Source: Candidatus Hermodarchaeota archaeon
Lineage (GTDB): Archaea; Asgardarchaeota; Lokiarchaeia; Sigyniarchaeales; SOKP01
Assembly: GCA_048885525.1 (NCBI GenBank)
Contig: JBHLLP010000006.1
Span: 32,001 to 96,000, forward strand
Reading direction: 5' to 3'
DNA length: 64,000 bases
Positions within the stretch are counted from its first letter, which is position 1, and every line of letters begins with the position of its first letter. The translations under genes and the position numbers were made by a program. A model generated the notes under the pieces. That model ran no database searches, was not told where the DNA came from, and saw only the letters and a list, made by a program, of their open reading frames with translations. Of the stretch, positions 56,039 through 64,000 are shown piece after piece.

Positions 56039-57343
56039 TTGCAGATTGAAATTTCAAAGGAAGATTCGGAATATATGTATAATATAATCCAAAAGATAAT
56101 TGATGAATGTGGTCCTCGAATGCCTTGTAGCCCACAAGAAGCTAAAGGAGCAGAAATGATAAAAAATGAACTTGAAGAGACTTGCGACTCTGTAGACATG
56201 GAAACTTTCAGATGTCATCCGAGAGCTGCATTAGGTTGGATCAGAGTTGATGTTTTATTAGTTATATTGTCCTTTAGCTGTTTTTTTCTAGTACAACTAT
56301 TTTTAGATACTTATTGGACTCTTATTTTGGCAATTATTATATTTGGTTTAAATTTATTAGCTTTTCTGTTTGAATGGTACGAATTTTTTAATTACAAAGA
56401 GTTTATTGATCCTTTATTTAAAAAAAAATCATCTCAAAACGTAATAGGTAAATTTAAAGCTGAAAAAGAAACAAAGAATATTATCATTTTTTCAGGACAT
56501 ACAGATAGTCAATATCAATTTAATCTTTTGACATATTTAAAAGGTGCTTATGGCATAATAGCACTTCTAGGGTTAGGAATATTATTTCTCTGGCTTTGGG
56601 TTTCACTTATATTTCTATTTCTGACAATAATTACATTTATTGTAAGATTTCCAATAACCTATGAGACATTTTTTAATATTGCTATATGGCTTTTAATAAT
56701 AGGAGGTATACCCTTAATTACACTAATTTTTTTCACATCCCCCGGAGAAAGAGCAAATAAGGTTCCCGGTGCTGTTGATAATCTAAGTGCCGTTGCTGTT
56801 GTATTAGGGCTTGGTCGCTACTTAAAAAAGAATAAAGATATCATCCCTAAAAACACAGAGATAAGATTAATTTCTTTTGGGTGCGAGGAAGCATTTCTGA
56901 GAGGGGCATTTCGCTATGTTGCTTCACATTCATATGAGTTAAAAGAATATACCACTGAATGTATTAATATAGAAATAATTCAAAATACGGATAAAATCAT
57001 TATTTTAAATTTCGAACCCACAACAAGGACGCATCATTCCGAAGAATTAGTTCAAAAGGTCTATAAAGCAGTAGAATCAGTAGATATTAAAGCAAAAATC
57101 TCGCGCATGGGGGGTGATAGCCCCTTAGAAAGACTTATTGGCATAACATCAGGAGGTACAGACGCGACAGCGTTTTCTAAATCAGGTATCAAAGCATGTA
57201 CTATAACATCCGGTGATTTTTTAGAAATATCAGAATATTGGCATACACCTAGAGATACCTTTGATAAGATTAAGCAAGGGGCATTAGAAAATGCATTAAA
57301 GGTGTGTATTGGATACTTAATAAATGAATCTAAAAAGAATTAG
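56039..57343 (+). CDS. Membrane-embedded M28 metallopeptidase (tandem paralog 2)
   Basis: SGHTDS, GAVDNLS, GCEEAFLRG, GTDA, YWH; SD GGAGG before TTG. Confidence 0.9.
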   Translation: MQIEISKEDSEYMYNIIQKIIDECGPRMPCSPQEAKGAEMIKNELEETCDSVDMETFRCHPRAALGWIRVDVLLVILSFSCFFLVQLFLDTYWTLILAIIIFGLNLLAFLFEWYEFFNYKEFIDPLFKKKSSQNVIGKFKAEKETKNIIIFSGHTDSQYQFNLLTYLKGAYGIIALLGLGILFLWLWVSLIFLFLTIITFIVRFPITYETFFNIAIWLLIIGGIPLITLIFFTSPGERANKVPGAVDNLSAVAVVLGLGRYLKKNKDIIPKNTEIRLISFGCEEAFLRGAFRYVASHSYELKEYTTECINIEIIQNTDKIIILNFEPTTRTHHSEELVQKVYKAVESVDIKAKISRMGGDSPLERLIGITSGGTDATAFSKSGIKACTITSGDFLEISEYWHTPRDTFDKIKQGALENALKVCIGYLINESKKN

Positions 57344-57371
57344 GAAAAAGGAACTTAAAATCTCACCCTTT

Positions 57372-60020
57372 TCATAAATAATTCACTTGTGTATCAGTTT
57401 TTACGACTAGTTTCACAAAAAGTATGATGAGGATTGCAGGAATTAATCCTAAAAAGCAAATTAAAAATACACTTGTTAGAAATATATCAGAAATAAAGGT
57501 ATTGAAAAAAATTTGCCCAGCAGAATCTATCAAATAATGTAAAATTATGCTAGGAAGAAGACTATTAGTTTTGATGTACATATATCCAAAAGCAAATCCT
57601 AATAAAGTAGCATATATTACTTGAAATGACACAGAAATTAGGGCATTAATAGGATCAATTCCAATAAGAGTATAAGTAATTAGATTAAATGTATGGGCAA
57701 ATCCAAACATTACACTGCTAATTATCAGAGATGTTCTTAATTGATGTTTTTTTAATAGCATAGGAATTACTACTCCACGATAAGCAATTTCTTCCCAAAT
57801 TCCCGGAATAAGCATATATATAAATAAAAACCATCCAAGCCCTGCTAATCCAAATCTGAAAGGATTAGGGTTACCAAATAATATTGAGGGGTCAAAAACA
57901 TAATTTCCAAGAGTAATACCTCCTATAAGTACCACAATCCCAAATATTACAAATGAACCAAATCCTATTAGTATATTTCTTAATAGTGGTTTTGTTGTGC
58001 TTAACCTTATTTTTTTAGCATAATCTTTAAAAGAAACATTCATTTCAGGAAGTTTCATACCTTTCGGGATAATTAAAAACCATAAAAGAGTTAAAAATCC
58101 AAAAATGAAAAAGAAATCGATGAATAATAATGTTGTATAATCATTAATTGTTATAATGCTCAAGAATGGAAGTAAAGCTAAGGATTCAGCAAACACAGAT
58201 AACCACTGAAAGACAACATATAAAACTGTTAGAACTATAGCACCTATAATCGGGTTATTTCTTAAGAAACCCCCAGTTTGATAGGTTGACATCTGTTCTA
58301 CTTTTGGAAACATTCTGATAAAAATGAATATCATTAATCCTAAACTAAGAAGACCAATTGCACCCAAAATTATAAGCGCAATAGGTATACCAAAAATAAA
58401 TATTAAAAAATTTCCTGTTATTAAAATTGCTATATAAAATCCAATTTCAGATGAAATCATTAAGATCCATTTTAGGATCTTATTTTCCTTATGCAATTCT
58501 TCAAGAATGTATTTATATTTCATTTTTCCAAACAATTTAATTTTCAATTCAAATATCAACAAAAGCATAGTCCATGCTATTGGCAAAGTTATTAGAAGCA
58601 ATAAAATTACTATAAATGATTCTACGATTAGAGTAAGTACTATCGAAGTTACTATAAGTGATACCCCTTGAATTGAAAACATTAATAATATTTTAGCTTT
58701 TGCTTGATCTCGAGGAACAAGAGGTAATGAAGCTAATGTTGAACTGCCTGATTCTTCAATATTCAAGAATCCTACTATTAGCATTATAGGTATAAACATG
58801 TAAATAATAAGAATGATAGACCATGCCATTAAAATTACCTCTGTTGTCATAGGGAACTCATTAAATAACCCTATCATTGATAAAACCATTATTAATGGAT
58901 AAAAAATGGGGAAGAATATAAACATAAAAGACTGAATATCTCGAGTTGAAGAAGTTATATCTTTACGTATATATGCTTTAATTGGTGAGATAGATTTTAA
59001 TTCGAATTGAATCTCTCTCTTTTCTACTTTCTCAATTTTGATTTCTGTTGAAATTGCACTATTTAAAGCCCGCTGCGCTATTTGGAATATAGTCCATGTT
59101 AATACAATGCTTAACGCAACCCCAGTTAATGTAGTAAGTATTAAAATAGGATGTACTTGATATTGAAGAGTAGTAAGTGATACTAGAAATGCAGGGGCAC
59201 ATAGGAAAGGAACTAAGCTTAAAATAAATATTAAAATGAATGGAGGATCATTAGTAGAAAATACTGCAAAAAATCCTTCAACAGCACTCATTCCCCAACT
59301 AAATATAAAACTAGTACCAAACATGATAATAAAATATCCTAACATCGTTACAGTTCTAATTATATTCGCGTTTTTTGATTTTATTTTCGATTCTGAAAAA
59401 AGAAAACTCATTTTCTCCCCAATTATTACCATAATACTAAAACTGAAAATCACATTTAAAATGGATACAGCTACACAAATTAAAAAAATTATAATGTTTT
59501 GTGTTGCGATAAGCATAATAATTGGAAATCCAGCAATTAATATTATCAAAGGAATATTTAAATTGCGAAATAAAGTCATTAGACCTATTTTTCTTAAACT
59601 TTTTTTAGAAAATGGAAGAGTCTGCAACCATTTGAAAGCATTACCTGACATGTAAGATCCAGTTGAGATCAATCCAAACATAAGCATATACATGAGTGTC
59701 ATCCCAAAGAATATCATAAATAAAAAAGAAGAGACAAAAAAAACTGTATTTATCGTGTAAAAACCCATATTATCTCTCATTTGGAAATACGTAATTAATG
59801 GTAGTAGAGGTAAAAATAAAAAAAGAAATGAAAAAACAAATTTAAGTGCTCTAGATTGATTTTTGATATAATTTTTATTCTTCTTCAGTTTTTCAATAAA
59901 TTTTGCTTGATGTGCTCCAGCGCTAGCTATCTGGCTCTCCATTAAAATCTCATAAGTAGGGTATTTCGCTAAAGAATAGAAAGATCTTTTTTTTTTCCCT
60001 TCCATATTCATCAACACCAT
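57372..60020 (-). CDS. ABC exporter permease fused to C-terminal CPBP (CAAX) protease
   Basis: Two ABC-2-like halves (WLQTLPFS; LASLPL) then WEEIAYRG, FGFAH, LHYLID; ATG overlaps ATPase stop (TAATG). Confidence 0.85.
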   Translation of the reverse strand: MVLMNMEGKKKRSFYSLAKYPTYEILMESQIASAGAHQAKFIEKLKKNKNYIKNQSRALKFVFSFLFLFLPLLPLITYFQMRDNMGFYTINTVFFVSSFLFMIFFGMTLMYMLMFGLISTGSYMSGNAFKWLQTLPFSKKSLRKIGLMTLFRNLNIPLIILIAGFPIIMLIATQNIIIFLICVAVSILNVIFSFSIMVIIGEKMSFLFSESKIKSKNANIIRTVTMLGYFIIMFGTSFIFSWGMSAVEGFFAVFSTNDPPFILIFILSLVPFLCAPAFLVSLTTLQYQVHPILILTTLTGVALSIVLTWTIFQIAQRALNSAISTEIKIEKVEKREIQFELKSISPIKAYIRKDITSSTRDIQSFMFIFFPIFYPLIMVLSMIGLFNEFPMTTEVILMAWSIILIIYMFIPIMLIVGFLNIEESGSSTLASLPLVPRDQAKAKILLMFSIQGVSLIVTSIVLTLIVESFIVILLLLITLPIAWTMLLLIFELKIKLFGKMKYKYILEELHKENKILKWILMISSEIGFYIAILITGNFLIFIFGIPIALIILGAIGLLSLGLMIFIFIRMFPKVEQMSTYQTGGFLRNNPIIGAIVLTVLYVVFQWLSVFAESLALLPFLSIITINDYTTLLFIDFFFIFGFLTLLWFLIIPKGMKLPEMNVSFKDYAKKIRLSTTKPLLRNILIGFGSFVIFGIVVLIGGITLGNYVFDPSILFGNPNPFRFGLAGLGWFLFIYMLIPGIWEEIAYRGVVIPMLLKKHQLRTSLIISSVMFGFAHTFNLITYTLIGIDPINALISVSFQVIYATLLGFAFGYMYIKTNSLLPSIILHYLIDSAGQIFFNTFISDIFLTSVFLICFLGLIPAILIILFVKLVVKTDTQVNYL

Positions 60021-60820
60021 TAAATTTTCATTTTAAAAGACGCACGTAATTTTTTTATGATCTCATTAACGGAAGTATCTTGTTCAGTTAATCTTAAAAA
60101 TACATCTTCTAAACTAGCACCAATCTTATTCGCTTGCTTCCTTAATTCTTCTAATGTTCCGATTCCGACCATTTTACCTTTATGGATGATTCCTATTCGA
60201 TCACATAATTCTTGAGCAATCTCCATAATATGTGTTGAAAAAAGCACTGAACCCCCGCTCTGTGTGTGAATATCCAATATAGATTTAACAACTCTTACAG
60301 ATTTCGCATCTAGACCTGCAATTGGCTCATCTAAAATAAGCAAATCTGGCTCATGGAGTATTGCGGCAATAATTTGTAATTTTTGTTTATTGCCATGGGA
60401 TAATGTAGCAATTAATTGATCATAATATTCAATTGCTTCTAAACTCTCCATATATTCTCTTGCAAGTTCTGTAGTCCTTAATTCATCTAATCTACGGACA
60501 GATGCTATAAAATTAAATAAATCTTTTGGCGTTAATGATTTGAATATTAAAGGTTCCTCACTTACATACCCTATACGGCGTTTTATTTCAACTTCGTCAC
60601 GCTCTGGGTTCATTCCAAAAACACTCATTTCTCCTTCATTCGGTTCAAGGAGTCCTAATAGAAGCTTTATGGTAGTTGTTTTTCCCGCACCATTGGGGCC
60701 TAAAAGACCGAATACTTCACCTTGTTGAACATTAAAAGAAATACCATCAACAGCTTTAACATCTCCAAAATATTTCTTTAAATCTTTAACAACAATTATT
60801 TCATGATTAGACATTTTCAT
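60020..60820 (-). CDS. ABC transporter ATP-binding protein (exporter type)
   Basis: GPNGAGKT, LSHGNKQK, LILDEP, STH. Confidence 0.96.
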   Translation of the reverse strand: MKMSNHEIIVVKDLKKYFGDVKAVDGISFNVQQGEVFGLLGPNGAGKTTTIKLLLGLLEPNEGEMSVFGMNPERDEVEIKRRIGYVSEEPLIFKSLTPKDLFNFIASVRRLDELRTTELAREYMESLEAIEYYDQLIATLSHGNKQKLQIIAAILHEPDLLILDEPIAGLDAKSVRVVKSILDIHTQSGGSVLFSTHIMEIAQELCDRIGIIHKGKMVGIGTLEELRKQANKIGASLEDVFLRLTEQDTSVNEIIKKLRASFKMKI

Positions 60821-61021
60821 TCATTAAAGTAGATATTTGAACATAAATTTTATTAAAAAATAATTATATATTTCTTTATATACTTTCATATATCACTATA
60901 TTTAAATGTTGTGGATTGAACCTCAATAATGGTTAATATGCTGAATCCTATGGATTTTAAGTACTTTTATAATATATATAGATATATATTTGATCTTTTC
61001 TAGCTTAAAAACGTTCTATTC

Positions 61022-61969
61022 TTATTTCTTTTTCTCATTCATAATTATTATTATTGAAATTATTATTAGAATTGTCCCCAACAAATGGGCAATTGTGAAA
61101 TTCTCTCCAAGAATTAGGCTGGCAAAAATAGCGGAAGAAATGGGTGTTGGAGCTAATAATATAGTAGCTTTAGACACATCTAAGTAAGATAATGTTAAAT
61201 ACCAACATACTAAACCTGATCCATAAACAGCACCCATTGTAAAAAAAAACAATATATTATGAGGTTCAATGAAAATTCTCAAATCTGGTGTAAAAAAAAT
61301 AAAGTAAGTTGATATTAAAATCATACCAGAAATAAAATTCCTGATAAATACCATCTGTATAGGTGTTGCTTCATCTCTATTAAATATAGGTTTAGTTAAA
61401 GTATGACCTAGCATCCATAGAAAAGTAATTCCCAACAAAATTGCTACTCCACTTAAAATTGAGTCATTAATATTTATTAAAGTAAAAAATTGAGTAATAC
61501 TTATCGCTAATCCGAGAAATAATACAACTGAAAAAATTATTTGTAGTTTTGTGATTCTTTCTTTTAATAAAAAATAGCCTAAAATTATCCCAAAAAATAC
61601 TGTGGTTTTTTGTGTCAATGATCCATTGATTGCTCCAGCCAAGGAATATCCTATGAAGAAAAATACTTGATTTAATCCAAAAAGTAAACCAATAAAGATT
61701 AATAACCAAAAATTATTTTTCCACCCCTTAATATAATGTGATCTATTATTTTCCTTTTCAAGATATATTTTTTGTTTGTTTGAATTCATTGCTTTAAATT
61801 CAATCAACATTATGGGGAAAAATATCATAGTTTCAACTAAACAAGTCATCGCTCCTGAGAGATATGCATCAATCGCTATTGGTCTTAAAAGAGCAACTAT
61901 TGGCTGTAAACCTACAAAAATAATACCAATAAAACCAGTAATAAGACCTTTCTTTATATTCTTATCCAA
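61022..61969 (-). CDS. DMT/EamA-family transporter
   Basis: About 10 TMs, LLKERIT and ILGENFT repeat motifs. Confidence 0.9.
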   Translation of the reverse strand: MDKNIKKGLITGFIGIIFVGLQPIVALLRPIAIDAYLSGAMTCLVETMIFFPIMLIEFKAMNSNKQKIYLEKENNRSHYIKGWKNNFWLLIFIGLLFGLNQVFFFIGYSLAGAINGSLTQKTTVFFGIILGYFLLKERITKLQIIFSVVLFLGLAISITQFFTLININDSILSGVAILLGITFLWMLGHTLTKPIFNRDEATPIQMVFIRNFISGMILISTYFIFFTPDLRIFIEPHNILFFFTMGAVYGSGLVCWYLTLSYLDVSKATILLAPTPISSAIFASLILGENFTIAHLLGTILIIISIIIIMNEKKK

Positions 61970-62210
61970 TTTAATAATGAATATGTTTTAGCGATTTTAA
62001 ACCTTTATTTTAATAAAAAAATGAGAATTTTTTGGGTACTTCTAACACACTTTTATAAATAATTTAAAGCAAAAGTGATAGATTTTCTTCTCTCCGAAAT
62101 AGTTATTCATTGGATGTTTTTTATTATTCAATCATAATCACCAATATAAGGCAAAATTTAATATATTAGGATAATTTAAAAAAAGAACTTATTTTGTTAA
62201 AAGGAAGTGA

Positions 62211-63032
62211 GTGAAAATTTCTACCAATTTCGCGATTATTACAAAAGATCTCACAAAAAAATTTGGTGATCTAGTAGCAGTAAATAATCTAAATTTAAAA
62301 ATTCCATATGGTAAAACTTATGGTTTATTAGGCCCTAATGGAGCTGGTAAAACTACCACGGTAAGAATGCTAAACGCTATAATCTCTCCTACTAGTGGGA
62401 CTGCGGAGGTAGTTGGATATGATATTATAAGTCAAAGTAAAGAAGTTAAAATAAATTGTGGTTTTTTACCAGAATCACCAGGATTATATCAAAAGTTAAC
62501 AGCGAAGGAATTCTTGGAATTTGTAGGTGAGTTATATTATCTTCCAAAAGCAATTATCTCTACCCGTATTGAAGAATTATTAGATATTTTTGATTTGCAA
62601 GGGCGTGAAAATGATCTTTTAGAAGGATATTCAAGAGGTATGAAACAAAAAGTTTGTCTATGCGCGGCTTTAATACAAGATCCTAAAATAATCTTTTTAG
62701 ATGAACCAACTTCTAATCTGGATCCTGCTGCTGCAAGAATGGTAAAAGATCTAATATATGATCTCTCTAAGAAGGCTGATAAAACCATCTTCATTTGTAC
62801 TCATCTCCTTGATGCAGCAGAAGAATTATGCGACTTAATAGGGATTATCGACAAAGGAGAATTAAAAGTAGAGGGAAGCCCTAAAGAAATTATTAATTCT
62901 GTTGGATCAAAAGATTTAGAGGGAGCATATCTGGAAATAATGGGAGTTTCTAAAATTGAAGATTTATTAGCTTGGAGAGAAGAATTACCAGATAAGATTG
63001 AGAAAGATAAAAAGAAAAAAAAGAAAAAATAG
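62211..63032 (+). CDS. ABC transporter ATP-binding protein (exporter type)
   Basis: GPNGAGKT, YSRGMKQK, IFLDEP, CTH. Confidence 0.96.
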   Translation: MKISTNFAIITKDLTKKFGDLVAVNNLNLKIPYGKTYGLLGPNGAGKTTTVRMLNAIISPTSGTAEVVGYDIISQSKEVKINCGFLPESPGLYQKLTAKEFLEFVGELYYLPKAIISTRIEELLDIFDLQGRENDLLEGYSRGMKQKVCLCAALIQDPKIIFLDEPTSNLDPAAARMVKDLIYDLSKKADKTIFICTHLLDAAEELCDLIGIIDKGELKVEGSPKEIINSVGSKDLEGAYLEIMGVSKIEDLLAWREELPDKIEKDKKKKKKK

Positions 63033-63045
63033 TAACTGGATAATA

Positions 63046-64000
63046 ATGGCTCTTTGGAAAACGATAGCTAAAAATGAAATTAGGCTTAGAACTAATAAGT
63101 TTCGAAACCATCGACTTCTATTTTTTATACTATTATACTCCTTTTTTATTATTTGGGCTTTTATATTGGCTCCAATGCTATTTGATCTATTTATGCCTAC
63201 ACTAGCGGAGGCAATTGATGAAATTAATTTAGCAGTTGCTTTAATTATTGAATATGTATTGATGATTTTCTTTTTATCCGTTTTTATTTATCCTCTAAAC
63301 AGTATTTATAGAAAAATTGAAATAGGTTTCAAAGAAATTATATTGGCATCACCAGCTACTCCAGGTGACATTTTTTTAGGAGAATTCATAGGAAAATTAC
63401 CAATTTTTTTGGGAGGCGTTTTAATCTTTACTCCAATAATAACAGGAATGCTCAACCCTATTATTAATTTGAATACAATTCAATATATCATTATTTATGC
63501 ATGTGTACTTGGATTAGTTTTGTTTGCAACATTGTTAGGATCCATAGTTGCCGCATGGCTAGAACATAAGATAGCAAAAAGCGATCGAGCAAAAGATTGG
63601 GGAAGGATTCTCTTATTTCTCCTTTCTATTGCTATGATAGCAATGGTGTATATTCTTCAATTTTTATTTGAATATCTTATATCACATCCAGAATTAAGAA
63701 ATTGGGTAATTTTTTATCCTTCTTTATGGTTTTCTAATATAATATTATATTTTATTGACCCTAGCTTGATAAGTACATATATCTTAAACATCTGGTTTAG
63801 TATTTCCCTGATTATAATTATTCCTCTTATAATATTTTTGATAGCTTATAAAAAAGCTGATACTTTTTTTACTGTAGAGGGAGCTATTGAAAAAGTATCT
63901 TTAGTGATAAAACGAGAAAATACATTTTATAAGATAATCAGGAAAGTAACAGGGCATAAATGGGAAGGATTAGTTATAACTCAATTTAAGGAGTTTTTAA
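63046..64000 (+). CDS. ABC exporter permease, 5' part (truncated; not in ORF track)
   Basis: Manual translation MALWKTIAKNEIRLR...EIILASPATPGDIFLGEFIGK; multi-TM, runs to window end, directly after ABC ATPase. Confidence 0.85.
   Translation, partial: MALWKTIAKNEIRLRTNKFRNHRLLFFILLYSFFIIWAFILAPMLFDLFMPTLAEAIDEINLAVALIIEYVLMIFFLSVFIYPLNSIYRKIEIGFKEIILASPATPGDIFLGEFIGKLPIFLGGVLIFTPIITGMLNPIINLNTIQYIIIYACVLGLVLFATLLGSIVAAWLEHKIAKSDRAKDWGRILLFLLSIAMIAMVYILQFLFEYLISHPELRNWVIFYPSLWFSNIILYFIDPSLISTYILNIWFSISLIIIIPLIIFLIAYKKADTFFTVEGAIEKVSLVIKRENTFYKIIRKVTGHKWEGLVITQFKEFL

Noticed and set aside
8779-58300. A complete eukaryote-like prenylation pathway (prenyltransferase-like barrel, two CAAX proteases, Cys-tailed protein)
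   Set aside because: Components are scattered over 50 kb, CPBP proteases are ubiquitous in prokaryotes, and barrel catalytic residues are unverified; kept only as separate observations
60905-60955. Possible riboswitch-like pairing (GGATT/AATCC, AACC/GGTT) between EamA and ABC genes
   Set aside because: Stems of only 4-5 bp and no match to a riboswitch consensus I know
2704-62794. About 30 short ORFs in the track that overlap longer genes (e.g. 2704-2985, 8747-8953, 29105-29575, 37886-38380, 41393-41659, 59236-59655)
   Set aside because: Antisense or alternate-frame shadows of genes with clear family motifs; no motifs of their own
1-64000. CRISPR array, rRNA, transposase/integrase, or integrated element at either tRNA
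   Set aside because: I saw no regularly spaced repeats, no GC-rich rRNA-sized block, no recombinase ORF and no duplicated tRNA 3' end; read by eye, so weak remnants could be missed

Overview
Very AT-rich (by eye about 28-30% GC), gene-dense archaeal chromosomal window. Gene content points to an Asgard archaeon, most likely Lokiarchaeia (inference): SRP19, S8e, proteasome beta, JAMM, an HMf-type histone, Hef, Ftr, methanogenesis marker 9, a longin/uDENN-like protein and several lineage-specific Zn-finger hypotheticals. There are about 60 CDSs and two tRNA genes; I see no CRISPR array, rRNA, transposase or integrase. The best-supported unusual feature is a tRNA-His(GUG) interrupted by two 30-nt introns at non-canonical sites (45/46 and 58/59), each with a bulge-helix-bulge-type fold. 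Candidate undescribed systems, all inferred from motifs read by eye: (1) a C13 (legumain/GPI8-like) peptidase followed by two C-terminally membrane-anchored proteins, one a ~1470-aa prenyltransferase-barrel/PCI/coiled-coil giant; (2) an ABC exporter permease fused to an intact CAAX-type intramembrane protease; (3) an adaptin/COP-appendage-like protein; (4) an uncharacterised two-gene Fe-S module in a transporter/redox cluster; (5) two genes that appear to start at AUU. No database searches were run.
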